In this document: one piece after another, positions 35,840-49,602 of the stretch
Position numbering within the stretch: position 1 is the stretch's first letter
Layout: every line of letters starts with the position of its first letter
Origin: Pristiophorus japonicus
Taxonomy: Eukaryota
DNA length: 64,000 bases
Direction: 5' to 3'
Assembly: GCF_044704955.1 (NCBI RefSeq)
Contig: NC_091997.1
Coordinates: 79,112,001 to 79,176,000, forward strand
The notes under the pieces: model-generated
Databases searched by the model: none
The model's input: only the letters and a program-made list of their open reading frames with translations
Told to the model about the DNA's origin: nothing
Position numbers and translations under genes: made by a program

Positions 35840-36185
35840 ATGCTTGGACGAACTGCGACATACAGAATGGATTCCCTATCGAGGGCCCCACAGTACAACC
35901 TGAAGGATCAAACCTTCCTCGCAAACAGTGGACAACCATCAACTGCCTCAGAACCGGTCACGGTCGATGCTGCCACCTTCTCCATAGGTGGAAGGTTAAA
36001 ACCTCCCCATCATGTGACTGTGGAGCTCCTAATCAGACCCTGGAGCCCATCGAGCACTGCCCTCAGAGAGAATTCACAGGCAGCCTACAGGATATCCACG
36101 CTGTTACACCGGAAGCTTTGGCCTGGATATCCAACTTGGATATTGATGTTTGATTTGCTTTGCTACTAGCATACGGAAGAAGAGG
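35840..36185 (+). mobile_element. Vingi/Ingi-like LINE 3' fragment
   Basis: LPRKQWTTINCLRTGHGRC..LLHRW...PSCDCG...QT...EHCP C-terminal zinc-knuckle motif; CATACGGAAGAAG end. Confidence 0.7.
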
Positions 36186-36530
36186 AGTTTGGGAATGAAG
36201 GATGAGGCTAAGAAGGGATTTAAACACTAGGGTATACATCTGCACAAGTATAATCAGACTTTCCTTTTGCAAAGATTGCAAAGGGACGCATTATTAGCTT
36301 CCAGCATTTTCTGTTTTTAATTTCCCAGTCATTCTTTAAGAGCGATTTTCAGTTTTCTGTCAATATGACCGCCTCCTTGTGACAATAATTGGGAGTGTTT
36401 CGGATTAGTGGGCTGGTTTGAACAGTGCGCTGTCATAACGAGCATTCCACTGTACTCTCTAAACGGCCTCTGATATCTTTAATACGGGGCCAGGGATCTC
36501 CTTTACTGTATCTCCTGTTTAACATTGCAG

Positions 36531-36611
36531 AACATGCTGCTGCACTCTGTAAATCCTACGAAGACAAACAGCCTGCCCTTCAAGATCGACTCCGGGACAG
36601 CAGCCTCCGGC
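36531..36611 (+). CDS. COMMD4: COMMD4 exon 6 (EHAAALCKSYEDKQPALQDRLRDSSLR)
   Basis: ttgcag acceptor, gtaagt donor, phase 1-1. Confidence 0.94.
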
Positions 36612-36767
36612 GTAAGTGGCATTTTCCTTGGCAATAAGTCGGTTATTTGGACTTGTTCCAACTGAGCACCGCGTGATCGAGATGTTCTCGAGCGCAGTAG
36701 ACAGTTTCAAGGGTCGCGGGAGTGGATAGGAATTTTTTTTTCTCCCCTCTCCTTTTGTAAACTGTGT

Positions 36768-37320
36768 CATCACAGGCAGTCCCTCGTATCGAGGATGACT
36801 TGCTTCCACGCCAAAAAGGGAAGAGTTCACAGGTGTTTCAATGAAGGCCCTAATATTCCAGATCCCGAACTACATCCTGAAGGGTAGAAGATGCTGGGTG
36901 CGTGGATTTTTTTAACATGGGGTGGCCGTTGCACACCAGCCACCACACGGGCTTGACAGAGCCAGGTCTTGGTCCAGTGGCAAGGGTTGACCAAGGCGAC
37001 TGGAGACCAGCTCTGCTGCACGGGCCTAGTGCGCGCACATATCGCAGTGTGGGCTGGGCCCTCGTCTCTTTGGGCCCCGAACTCTCGCCTCTCCCGGGCC
37101 CCGATCACATCCCGCTCCTTCGCCCCGACTTTGTCGCCCCTGCTGTACCTGCCCACGCTCCAATCAGCGACCTGGACCTTGATGACGTCGCTCTTCGCTG
37201 CCGTCGCCCTCCTGCACCAGCTCTCGCTGTGCCTTGCTGTGGTACGCCACCACGCTGCCCGGGGGACTCCGCTCGCCCCTCCTTTTATGGCCTCGACCTG
37301 CCGCTGGTGGTCCCTCGCAG
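36768..37320 (-). mobile_element. RTE-tailed non-autonomous element, longest copy
   Basis: Family body plus an extended GC-rich 5' part. Confidence 0.72.
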
Positions 37321-37368
37321 GTCGGGGCGTGACCCTAACTCGACTGACGGTATGTGCTTTGTGTGCAG

Positions 37369-37545
37369 TGAACAAGCTGGAGTCCGTGTCGTGGCGAGTG
37401 GACTGCACGCTGAGCTCCAGCGAGCTGAAGGAGGTAAATGAGCCCGTTGTTCAGCTGAAGATTAACGTTCGGAATGTGGACACCGGTGCCGTGGAGCTCA
37501 CCGCTGTTTCCATCACGGCCAACAAGTTCCGAGTCTTACTCACTG
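37369..37545 (+). CDS. COMMD4: COMMD4 exon 7 (COMM domain, LNKLESVSWRVDCTLSSSELKEVNEPVVQLK...KFRVLLT)
   Basis: WRVD..LSSS COMM motif; gtgtgcag acceptor, gtaggt donor. Confidence 0.95.
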
Positions 37546-37796
37546 GTAGGTCAGGCCTTAAACCAATGGGAGGAGGTTAGATAATCGACTGGGTCCGTTT
37601 TGTCTCTGTAAAATCTTATTTTGCACTTATTTTATAAGAACATAAGTAATCGGAGTAGTGCAGCCCTTTACAGTAACAGGAGCCCCAAATGGTGACCTTA
37701 TAGTGCAAGTTTGTGGAACTGATACCATTAACGGTTGGAGATCAAGCAACACTTCCTATGTTAAAGGTGCTATACAAATGCAAATAGTTATTATTC

Positions 37797-38285
37797 ATAA
37801 TAAGAAATAGGAGCAGGAGTGGGCCATTCGGCCCCTTGAGCCTGCTCTGCTATTCAATACGATCATTGCTGATCTGACCTTGGCCTCAGCTCCCCATCCC
37901 CGCCCGCTCCCCATAACCCTTTACTCCCTTATCGTTCAAAAATCTGTCTGTCTCCACCTTAACTATATTCAGTGACCCAGCCTCCACAGCTCTCTGGGGC
38001 AGAGAATTCCAAAGATTCACCACCCTCAGAAAAAAATTCCACCTCATCGCCATTTTAAATGGGCGGCCCCTTATCCTGAAACTATGCCCCCTAGTTCTAG
38101 ATTCCCCCACGAGGGGTAACGTCCTCTCTGCATCTACCCTGTCAAGCTCTCTCAGAATCTTATACATTTCAATAAGATCACCTCTCATTCTTCTAAACTC
38201 CAATGAGTATAGGCTCAACTTTTCTTCATGAGACAACCCCTTTTATCTCAGGAATCAGCCTAGCGAACCTTCTCTGAACTGCCTC
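37797..38285 (-). mobile_element. CR1 3' fragment
   Basis: ORF 37886..38236. Confidence 0.87.
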
Positions 38286-38946
38286 CGTCCATTTTTAAAA
38301 TTCTCCTCATCGTGTTCAAATCCCTCATGGCCTTGCCTCCTTCCCATCTCTGTAACCCTTCAAGACCTCTGTGCTCCTCCAACTCTGGCCCCTTGTGCGG
38401 CCATGCCTTCAGCTCTCCAGACCCTAAGCTCTGGAATTTGTTCCTTAAACCGTTCCACCTCTCTCATCTACTTTCAGCCGCTTGCTAAAACCTACCTCTT
38501 TTGACCAAATTCAAGAAGATCCAACACCATCCAGGACAAAGCAGCCCGCTTGATCGGCCCCCCATCCACCACCTTCAACATTCACTCCCTCCACCACCGG
38601 CGCACCGTGGCTGCAGTGTGTACCATCTACAAGATGCACTGCAGCAACTCGCCAAGGCTTCTTCGGCAGCACCTCCCAAACCAGCGACATGTACCACCTA
38701 GAAGGACAAGGGCAGCAGGCTCATGGGAACACCACCACCTCCACATTCCCCTCCAAGTCGCACACCATCCTGACTTGGAAATATATCAGCCGTTCCTTCA
38801 TCGTCACTGGGTCAAAATCCCGACACTCCCTCCCTAACAGCACTGTGGGAGCTCCTTCACCACACGGACTGTAGCGGTTCAAGAAAGCGGCTCACCACCA
38901 CCTTCTCAAGGGACACCCACATCCCAGGAACAAAAAAAAAACTTTT

Positions 38947-40913
38947 GGCCCTGAAATTCCGGCCTCCCTGGGTCCATACGGAGTTCCTACGGACCCGGGA
39001 AGGCATCGGAAATGCGCATGCGCTGGAAACCGGCACTTCCGATCTGTCAAGTTTCTGGCTTGACCGATCGCACGCGTCTCGGGAACGAGGACACGTGTAA
39101 GTGGAAATTTCCGATATTTACGCTTACAAATGTCCTCAAAAATCTTGTGCTTGAAAAAGCAGGCACATAGCCTACTGTTACAGGCGCAAGTGTTTTAAAA
39201 AAAACATCTAAAAAAATAAAGTTATTAAAATATATTTTATCATTAAAAACCCTCCCCACAACGGTAAGTTTATTTTAAAAAAACTTTAAAAAACATTGGG
39301 AAATTATTTTTTATTAAGACATTAATAACTTTAATTTAAATGAATATAGTTATTTAATTATTTTCTATTTTTTATTATTGTTTTGGGTATTTTGGGCTGT
39401 GTTTTGGGTGTTTCGTGCTCTATCACAAAATCATAGTATTGGGGGTTTAGGACCCTGCTGATCTCCTATTACTATGATACTTTACCTAATTGTAACTAGC
39501 AGAGTGGACAAGGGAGAACTAGTGGATGTGGTGTATTTGGACTTTCAAAAGACTTTTGACAAGGTCCTGCATAAGAGATTGGTGTGCAAAATCAAAGCGC
39601 ATGGTACTGGGGGTAATGTACTGACGTGGATAGAGAACTGGTTGGCATACAGGAAGCAGAGAGTCGGGATAAACGGGTCCTTATCAGATTGGCAGGCAGT
39701 GACTAGTGGGGTGCTGCAGGGCTCAGTGCTGGGACCCCAGCTCTTTACAATATATATTAACGATTTAGATGAAGGAATTGAGTGTAATATCTCCAAGTTT
39801 GCAGATGACACTAAACTGGGTGGTAGTGTGAGCTGTGAGGAGGATGCTAAGCGGCTGCAGGGTGACTTGGACAGGTTAGGTGAGTGGACAAATGCATGGC
39901 AGATGCAGTATAATGTGGATAAATGTGAGGTTATCCATTTTGGGAGCAAAAACAGGAAGACAGAATATTATCTGAATGGCGGCAGATTAGGAAAAGGGGA
40001 GGTGCAACGAGACCTGGGTGTCATGGTTTATCAGTCATTGAAAGTTGGCATGCAGGTACAGCAGGCGGTGAAGAAGGCAAATGGTATGTTGGCCTTCATA
40101 GTTAGGGGATTTGAGTATAGGAGCAGGGAGGTCTTGCTGCAGTTGTACAGGGCCTTGGTGAGGCCTCACCTGGAATATTGTGTTCAGTTTTGATCTCCTA
40201 ATTTGAGGAAGGACGTTCTTGCTATTGAGGGAGTGCAGTGCAGGTTCACCAGACTTATTCCAGGGATGGCTGGACTGTCATATGAGGAGAGACTGGATCA
40301 ACTGGGCCTTTATTCACTGGAGTTTAGAAGGATGAGGGGGGATCTCATAGAAACGTAAAAGATTCTGATGGGACTGCACAGGTTAGATGCGGGAAGAATG
40401 TTCCCGATGTTGGGGAAGTCCAGAACCAGGGGACATGGTCTTAGGATAAGGGGTAGGCCATTTAGGACTGAGATGAGGAGAAACTTCGTCACTCAGAGAG
40501 TTGTTAACCTGTGGAATTCCCTGCCGCAGAGAGTTGTTGATGCTAGTTCATTGGATATATTCAAGAGGGAGTTAGATATGGTCCTTACGGCTAAGGGGAT
40601 CTGGGGATATGGAGAGAAAGCAGGAAAGGGGGTACTGAGGGAATGATCAGCCATGATCTTATTGAATGGTGGTGCAGGCTAGAAGGGTCGAATGGCCTAC
40701 TCCTGCACCTATTTTCTATGTTTCTATGATTGGCTGCCCAGAGCCATGTGACTCCAGCTGTAGGCCTGCGCACGCGTCGACGTGCACGCGCTGCGACTGG
40801 CAGTCAGGAGAGGCCTCAGCATCGGAAAGTCCAACGTGGGCAGCAGCTTAAGGTAGGTGCGTATTTTTTTCTCTAAAATGCCCGCGGGAAGGCCAAACCG
40901 GAATTTCAGGGCC
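38947..40913. mobile_element. MITE (same family as 9489-10181) containing a CR1 insertion
   Basis: Perfect 16-bp TIR GGCCCTGAAATTCCGG / CCGGAATTTCAGGGCC. Confidence 0.78.
39490..40727 (+). mobile_element. CR1 3' fragment (RT C-terminal half)
   Basis: ORF 39474..40193 YLDFQKTFDKV...FADDTKL; CR1 tail. Confidence 0.92.
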
Positions 40914-41073
40914 CATGTCTTCTTCTTAGGCTTGGTGCCAATCTTTGTCTGATTACGCTCCTACAAAGCACATTGGGGCGTTTTACTACATGAAAGAAAC
41001 GCTATATAAATGCAAGTTATTGTTAGAGTTGATAATAGCTGATGTCTACTCTTTTTTTTTTTCCACCCCATAG

Positions 41074-41114
41074 AACTCAAGCAAGCACAAGCACTGATGA
41101 ATGCCTTGAACTAA
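41074..41114 (+). CDS. COMMD4: COMMD4 last coding exon (ELKQAQALMNALN*)
   Basis: Polypyrimidine tract plus tag acceptor; matches the COMMD4 C-terminus; TAA at 41112-41114. Confidence 0.93.
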
Positions 41115-43599
41115 ATGATTCTGTACCACAATGTTCAACTTTTCTGGTCGTGTGAGCTTGTTGGATTTACAGGACATTGGAGGGAGAGAGGGCAGATGTT
41201 CAGACATATTTATATAAAAAAAAAGACCTAGTGACTCCTGTTGCTCTGTGAAAAGGCTGCTTGGGCTGTGGATCTCAGAGTTTGAACATTCCATTTGGGC
41301 AATTGATGCAAACGATGCAGGAACGTGTTTGTTTGTTCAGAAGATTAGAACCTGAATTCGTATTTTAACAAAGCACTTTCTAGAGAATGGTTTGTGTGTA
41401 AATGATTTAGCTTTCAGCGCTGCGATATCTTGGGAATATGAATGGTACCAGCTGAATTACCACCGACTGGTATCAATGGCAACGTGAGAAATTGGAGCCT
41501 GTTCAAGGCTGCCTGAGTCCCATCAATGGGTTGCTTTAAATGGCCAAGCTGACTGACCTCTGAACTGCGGGTTGAGTGAGGTTGGCCAGATGGGTATAGC
41601 AGGTTGAAACATTCTCCATTCACTTCTGAAATCTGGATGCAAATCCAGCGGAGACAATACAGGTCAAAGCCTTCTCTCTCCAGTGGTTACTAAGGGGCAC
41701 TAAATTAAGCGTCTTAATCCAGGTTGCATGATTGATTCTTCAGCTCATGATTTCCAGAATTTTACCAGCTTCAGTTTTGTAGGATTTGGTACAGAAAATG
41801 GAAATGTCAGTTCAGCTGAGGAATTGGGACTTGAGTAGGACAATGGCGGCCGTCTCCGCGTTTAATGCTGTGCATTACCTGCGAGAGCTCAACGCTAGCT
41901 GCGAGCACAGATAATTGTTTGTGTGCCAATACTGTCATTCTTCTAATGACCACAAAACTCAGAATTAATTCATGAACTTTTGAGGTTTGCCCAAATATCT
42001 TTGGCCTCTTTTACGGTTCGAGTGAAGCGTGAGACGGTTGAGCTTTCGATCAAAAAGCCTCTGTAGCCGGAACACACTTCCATCTCTGTAATCTCCCAGG
42101 AATGTGTCGTTAGTTGGACAATCAGGGATTGTGGAGTCAGTTTGGTCTCCAACGGAAATGTTTGTTGGATCTGGATTGACACCAAGTAAAACGTTGACCT
42201 CCGAGTCGGTGTACTTTCGAGGAGTCCATGGGTTTGTTCCTGGCTGTGTGACGTTACTCTCGTGGCTTTGGGGGTAAAGGAGCTTCTCAATGAACCTGCC
42301 TTCCCAACCTTACCATGCTCGGATCTAACCACTTTCGTAACCTGGAGGAAGTTCGCCCATAGCCAAGCAGTAAATGTGACTCTTGCCACGGATTTAAAAA
42401 TAAGCTGGTTAACTTCAGCTCTCTCCGTTTAAAGTGACACAGTGGGTTACCACATTGGCTTGTGAACCTTTGTGACCTGGCGTCAGAAACAGCCAAGTCT
42501 GATACTCTGTCGTTTGGCTAAGTTGGTTCTCCAGTTCAGAAAGGTCGCAGGTCGGCTGCTGTGGGAATGGGTAACTCCCTCTGGTCCAATAGGGGCATCT
42601 TATGGGGCTGAGGGAACACATAGGGCAGAATACAGGAAGCTTCAGTCTTCAGCTACTTGTGCTGTAGTTGCTGTGCGAATGTTCGGCTCGGACCCTGGTT
42701 GCCTGAAGGTGTTCCATTTCTCAGCACCCATCCGTTCACCTCGACAAATGCAAGGATTCATTCTTAAGATCACACTCTCCAAAATAGAATCGAATACAGC
42801 TGGCATCATGAAGATGGGCTTGGAGAGTTTTTCTTCCAGGTAGATCGTAAGTTTTCCAATGGTCTGGGTGCTTTTCTTTTTGGCTTCCTACTTGCCAAGA
42901 GGGTAGGGTCTGTGCCACAGCGTAAATGGAACACAACGATTGAAGCATTTTTCACGTCCAGTTTTGAGTTTCGCTTGCTCGCAAAATCAAAAATATTTAA
43001 GCTGGTCTGAAGCAGACACACTGAGAATAGGAGACTTGGCTTCGAATTTCAGGAACAGGGCAACTGGTGATTGGAGAATTATTGCGTTTGAGTTCTCGAT
43101 ATTTATGGGATGTCGAACAATTTGTATCCTCACAGCAGAAATGTTAATGAGAATGTCCATTCCAAACTAGAATGCGTGGTGTGTAATTGTTTACATATAT
43201 ATATGTATGTTTAATTAAGTTACAGAAAAAGAGAGCGGCTCGGAAGAAATTTAAATTTGCAAGTACGTCATTTAATTTCAATTTTGTAATATTTGTTTTC
43301 AATTATATTCTGCTTCCTGCAGAAACCCATGAGGTGATATAACAAAGTGATATTGTAACTTTTCTTAATCAGGGACTATAAACATGTAGTATTGTGACTG
43401 GGTAGTATTGCTAGCCAGCTTTCATAACTAGTGTGGTCACATTCGGTCACAGTTTGAAGACCTTTCTGCGTACTACAATTCACCAGTAGGTTTATATTCT
43501 ATGTACAGATATTTTTTGTTTTTTTGCGTGCAAACTGGGGCACGAGGTGAGCACTGGTGCAGCTACTTGACAGCGGCATGTAAACTTCTAAATTGTGAA

Positions 43600-43605
43600 A
43601 ATAAA
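43600..43605 (+). terminator. Candidate COMMD4 polyadenylation signal
   Basis: AATAAA followed by a T-rich tract at the end of a 2.5-kb repeat-free stretch. Confidence 0.55.
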
Positions 43606-43999
43606 GTTTAAGTTTATCCGAACTGAGGCTCTATCTTTTCTTTTTTTTTTAATCAATTTCTTCGGTCCTTGTGTTAATGGCTGAAGCATCGGCTAACTAG
43701 AACAGGGATTTAGACAAGAGTGCCAAGGCATTGAGACCACTTGAAGTCGGCCAACTGAGCAGAAACTAGGAATTGGATCTGATCTCTCGGTTAGTGTTGC
43801 GGTACTGTAATTTATTCATTCATGGGATGTAGGCTTTGCTGGCAAGGCCAGCATTTATTGCCCATCCCTAATTGCCCTGGAAAAGGAGGTGGTGGTGAGC
43901 CACCATTTCAGAGGGCAGTTAAGAGTCAACCACATTGTTGTGGATCTGGAGCCGCATGTAGGCCAGACCGGGTAAGGGCGGCAGATTTCCTTTCCTATT

Positions 44000-46395
44000 A
44001 GAAACATAGAAACATAGAAACATAGAAAATAGGTGCAGGAGTAGGCCATTCGGCCCTTCTAGCCTGCACCGCCATTCAATGAGTTCATGGCTGAACATTC
44101 AACTTCAGTACCCCATTCCTGCTTTCTCGCCATACCCCTTGATCCCCCTAGCAGTAAGGACCTCATCTAACTCCTTTTTGAATATATTTAGTGAATTGGC
44201 CTCAACAACTTTCTGTGGTAGAGAATTCCACAGGTTCACCACTCTCTGGGTGAAGAAGTTCCTCCGCATCTCGGTCCTAAATGGCTTACCCCTTATCCTT
44301 AGACTGTGACCCCTGGTTCTGGACTTCCCCAACATTGGGAACATTCTTCCTGCATCTAACCTGTCTAACCCCGTCAGAATTTTATATGTTTCTATGAGGT
44401 CCCCTCTCATTCTTCTGAACTCCAGTGAATACAAGCCCAGTTGATCCAGTCTTTCTTGATAGGTCAGTCCCGCCATCCCGGGAATCAGTCTGGTGAACCT
44501 TCGCTGCACTCCCTCAATAGCAAGAATGTCCTTCCTCAGGTTAGGAGACCAAAACTGTACACAATACTCCAGGTGTGGCCTCACCAATGCCCTGTACAAC
44601 TGTAGCAACACCTCCCTGCCCCTGTACTCAAATCCCCTTGCTATGAAGGCCAACATGCCATTTGCTTTCTTAACCGCCTGCTGCACCTGCATGCCAACCT
44701 TCAATGACTGATGTACCATGACACCCAGGTCTCTTTGCACCTCCCCTTTTCCTAATCTGTCACCATTCAGATAATAGTCTGTCTCTCTGTTTTTACCACC
44801 AAAGTGGATAACCTCACATTTATCCACATTATACTTCATCTGCCATGCATTTGCCCACTCACCTAACCTATCCAAGTCGCTCTGCAGCCTCACAGCATCC
44901 TCCTCGCAGCTCACACTGCCACCCAACTTAGTGTCATCCGCAAATTTGGAGATACTACATTTAATCCCCTCATCTAAATCATTAATGTACAGTGTAAACA
45001 GCTGGGGCCCCAGCACAGAACCTTGCGGTACCCCACTAGTCACTGCCTGCCATTCTGAAAAGTACCCATTTACTCCTACTCTTTGCTTCCTGTCTGACAA
45101 CCAGTTCTCAATCCATGTCAGTACACTACCCCCAATCCCATGTGCTCTAACTTTGCACATCAATCTCTTGTGTGGGACCTTGTCGAACGCCTTCTGAAAG
45201 TCCAAATATACCACATCAACTGGTTCTCCCTTATCCACTCTACTGGAAACATCCTCAAAAAATTCCAGAAGATTTGTCAAGCATGATTTCCCTTTCACAA
45301 ATCCATGCTGACTTGGACCTATCATGTCACCTCTTTCCAAATGCACTGCTATGACATCCTTAATAATTGATTCCATCATTTTACCCACTACCGATGTCAG
45401 GCTGACCGGTCTATTATTCCCTGTTTTCTCTCTCCCTCCTTTTTTAAAAAGTGGGGTTACATTGGCTACCCTCCACTCCATAGGAACTGATCCAGAGTCA
45501 ATGGAATGTTGGAAAATGACTGTCAACGCATCCACTATTTCCAAGGCCACCTCCTTAAGTACTCTGGGATGCAGTCCATCAGGCCCTGGGGATTTATCGG
45601 CCTTCAATCCCATCAATTTCCCCAACACAATTTCCCGGCTAATAAGGATTTCCCTCAGTTCCTCCTCCTTACTAGACCCCCCGACCCCTTTTATAACCGG
45701 AAGGTTGTTCGTGTCCTCCTTCGTGAATACCGAACCAAAGTACTTGTTCAATTGGTCCGCCATTTCTTTGTTCCCCGTTATGACTTCCCCTGATTCTGAC
45801 TGCAGGGGACCTACATTTGTCTTTACTAACCTTTTTCTCTTTACATATCTATAGAAACTTTTGCAATCCGTCTTAATGTTCCCTGCAAGCTTCTTCTCAT
45901 ACTCCATTTTCCCTGCCCTAATCAAACCCTTTGTCCTCCTCTGCTGAGTTCTAAATTTCTCCCAGTCCCCAGGTTCGCTGCTATTTCTGGCCAATTTGTA
46001 TGCCACTTCCTTGGCTTTAATACTATCCCTGATTTCCCTTGATAGCCACGGTTGAGCCACCTTCCCTTTTTTATTTCTATGCCAGACAGGAATGTACAAT
46101 TGTTGTAGTTCATCCATGCGGTCTCTAAATGTCTGCCATTGCCCATCCACAGTCAACCCCTTAAGTATCATTCGCCAATCCATCTCAGCCAATTCACGCC
46201 TCATACCTTCAAAGTTAGCCTTCTTTAAGTTCTGGACCATGGTCTCTGAATTAACTGTTTCATTCTCCATCCTAATGCAGAATTCCACCATATTATGGTC
46301 ACTCTTCCCCAAGGGGCCTCGCACAACGAGATTGCTAATTAATCCTTTCTCATTACATAACACCCAGTCTAAGATGGCCTCCCCCCTAGTTGGTC
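44000..46395 (-). mobile_element. Young 5'-truncated CR1 LINE with an intact 752-aa ORF2 portion
   Basis: ORF 44105..46363 runs from the endonuclease C-terminal SDH motif through RT to the stop without interruption. Confidence 0.96.
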
Positions 46396-46567
46396 AGTTG
46401 GGTTTTTATGACAATCTGGTAGTTCCATGGTCACCATTACTGATACAAGCTTTTTATTCTAGATTTATTTAATTAACTGAATTTAAATTCCCCAGCTGCC
46501 GTGGTGGGATTTGATCTCGTGTCTCCGGATCATTAGTCCAGGCCAACTAGTCCTGGATTACTAGTCC

Positions 46568-46992
46568 ATCATCATCATAGGCAGTCTCTCGAAATCGAGG
46601 AAGACTTGCTTCCACTCTAAAAGTGAATTCTCAGGTGACTGTACAGTCCAATACGGGAATTACAGTCTCTGTCACAGGTGGGACAGACAGTGGTTGAAGG
46701 AAAGGGTGGGTGGGGAGTCTGGTTTGCCGCACGCTCCTTCCGCTGCCTGCGCTTGTTTTTTGCATGCTCTCGGCGACGAGACTCGAGGTGCTCAGCGCCC
46801 TCCCGGATGCTTTTCCTCCACTTCGGGTGGTCTTGGGCCAGGGACTCTCAGGTGTCAGTGGGAATGTTGCACTTTATCAAGGAGGCTTTGAGGGTGTCCT
46901 TGAAACGTTTCCACTGCCTGCCTGGGGATCGCTTGCCGTGTAGGAGTTCCAAGTAGAGCGCTTGCGTTGGGAGTCTTGTGTCTGGCATGCAT
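46568..46992 (-). mobile_element. RTE 3' fragment
   Basis: MPDTRLPTQALYLELLHGK; (ATG)n tail. Confidence 0.88.
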
Positions 46993-47454
46993 CGCACCAA
47001 CCCTCTTCTCGATCTTCCTCGCAGTAACATAGCCACCATGCTACCGTACCCAGATTGCTTTACACTTCTCTCTGCAAGCAAGCTGGACAACTCCGTTATT
47101 TTGTCTAGCTGGTAAGCTGATGCTCTAAACCCCAGATTTTCCTCTTGGCTTGATCCAGGTCCCATTCGTAGGTCCCATTCGTTACTCCCATCCATTCTCC
47201 AGCATCTGAAAGCCTGTTGCAGTCCCTGCACTGTAAGCTTTGCCCTCTGCTTCCTGCAGGTTCAAAGCTTCTGTCGGAATCTGCTTCCAAGCTGTCCTCC
47301 AGGTCCCAAACTCTTCCCCAGGGTGAAAGCGATTTGGGCAGCCATCTTGTGATGGCCCAGTGATAGCTGCTATAAAACGCCGGTTCATTCTTGTCTAAAC
47401 TGACTTTGCAGAAATAAAAAGACAATAGTTATTTAAAGAAAGGGGGAAAAAAAA

Positions 47455-47915
47455 GACTTGCATTTATATAGCGACTTTCACGACCACCGGATGTCTCAAA
47501 GCGCTTTACAGCCAATGAAGTACTTTTGGAGTGTAGTCACTGTTGTAATGTGGGAAATGCTGCAGCCAATTTGCGCACAGCAAGCTCCCACAAACAGCAA
47601 TATGATAATGACCCAGATAATCTGTTTTTGTTATATTGATTGAGGGATAAATATTGGCCAGGTCACTGGGAATAAATTCCCTGCTCTTCTTTGAAATAGC
47701 GCCATGGGATCTTTTACGTCCACCTGAGAGAGCAGACAGGGCCTCGGTTTAATATTTCATCCGAAAGACGACACATCAGACAGTGCAGCACTCCCTCAGC
47801 ACTGCACTGGGAGTGTCAGCCTAGATTTATGTGCTCGTCCCTGGAGTGGGACTTGAACCCACAACCTTCTGACTCTGAGGTGAATGTGCTGCCCACTGAG
47901 CCACAGCTGACACTG
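47455..47915 (-). mobile_element. Full-length Deu-domain SINE
   Basis: Complete reverse-complement copy from head to tail. Confidence 0.88.
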
Positions 47916-47984
47916 TTAAAGATAAGATCAAGGTGACTTTGTCCAGATATCTAATTTGTTTCGCTAAATGAGATGAGTAAGTAG

Positions 47985-48330
47985 TTCTCTGTAACCTCTT
48001 CCAGCCCTACAACTCCCCCCCCCCCCCACCTCTCGAGATCTCTGCACTCCTCCAATTCTGGCCTTTTGTGCATCCCTGATTTTCATCGCTCCACCATTGG
48101 TGGCTGTGCCTACAGCTGCCTGGGCCCCAAACTCTAGAATTCCCTCCCTAAATCTCTCTGCCTTTCTCTCCTTTAAAATGCTCCTTAAAGCCTACCTCTT
48201 TGACCAAGCTCTGCCCTAATATCTCCTTATGTGGCTCGGTGTCAAATTTTGTTTGACAGCGCTCCTGTGAAGCGCCTTGGGACAGTTTTACTACTTTAGA
48301 GGAGCTACATATATATATACAAGTTGTTCA
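47985..48330 (+). mobile_element. L2 3' fragment
   Basis: Homologous to 19200-19570. Confidence 0.75.
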
Positions 48331-49187
48331 CCGATTCATGCCAAAGCCCCTCCAAAAAAGACATATACAAATTAATTACAATATCCAAGAATTATTCAGT
48401 GGATATTATTGTATGAAGAATTTAAATCTGCTGATCAATACACCAGATTAAGCCTCAAAATGAACATTTCTTGGAGAACATGTCCCCCCCGATACACAAT
48501 ACACTGACTTGCATAACTGATATGGGACCATGAATCATTGACTTCAGGCAGAATGTTTGGGAGTGTATTTATAAAACGCCTATCACTTCCTCAGGACATT
48601 GTAAAATATTTTACAATCAATGAATTACTTGTTAGAGTATGGTCAGACTTGTAATGCAAGCAAGCATGCCATTCTGCACACAGCAAGATCCCACAAACAG
48701 CAATGAGGTGAATGGCTAGTTGATGATGTACTTTGGTGGTGGTGGTTGAGAGATTTTGCCTGGGATTCCAGAAGAACTCGCCTACTCCTTGCCAAACAAT
48801 TCCACGAGGGTCTTTGCGTCCGCTAGGGTTGCCAATCCAATTTTTCTGGGGTCTTCAGGGTTTAAAGATTAAGTTGCCGGGAACTGCTGTGAGCAACCTT
48901 TTCTGATGATCTGCCTGCGGTGAGAGTATCCGGGAGAAACATCGCTGGGAAAAGACCTGCCAAGGGGAGAACATAAGAACAAAAGAAGTAGGAGCAGGAG
49001 TAGGCCATTCGGCCCCTCGAGCCGGCTCCACCATTCAATAAGATCATGGCTGATCATCGACCTCAACTCCACTTTCCTGCCCGATCCCCATATCCCTTGA
49101 TTCCCTTGCCCAACAACAATCTATAGCATTGTATCCCTGAGAGTGAACACTCACCTTTACAGTAGAAGAACTCGGCATTGAATGATA

Positions 49188-49602
49188 CAACAACAACAAC
49201 TTGTATTTATATAGCGCCTTTAACATAGTGAAACATCCTAAGGCGTTTCACAGGAGTATTATTCGATAAGAATTTGACACCGAGCCGCATAAGTAGAAAT
49301 TAGCGCACGTGATCTAAACCTTGGTCAAAGAGGTAGGTTTTAAGGAATGTCTTGAAAGAGGAAAGAGAGGTAGAGAGGCGGAGAGGTTTAGGGAGGGAGT
49401 TCCAGAGCTTGGGGCCCAGGCAGCTGAAGGCACGGCCACCGATGGTTGAGCGATTATACTCAGGGATGCTCAAGAGGGGCAGAATTAGAGGAGTGCAGAC
49501 ATCTCGGTGGGGTTTGTGGGGCTGGAGGAGAGTACAGAGATAGGGAGGGACGAGGCCCATGGAGGGATATGAAACCAGAGATGAGAAGTTTGAAATCGAG
49601 GC
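49188..49602 (-). mobile_element. L2 3' fragment
   Basis: GGRAFSCLGPKLWNSLP...FKTFLKTYLF. Confidence 0.85.

Noticed and set aside
41970-43170. Several 70-140 aa ORFs after COMMD4
   Set aside because: No recognisable homology or splice structure; consistent with 3' UTR
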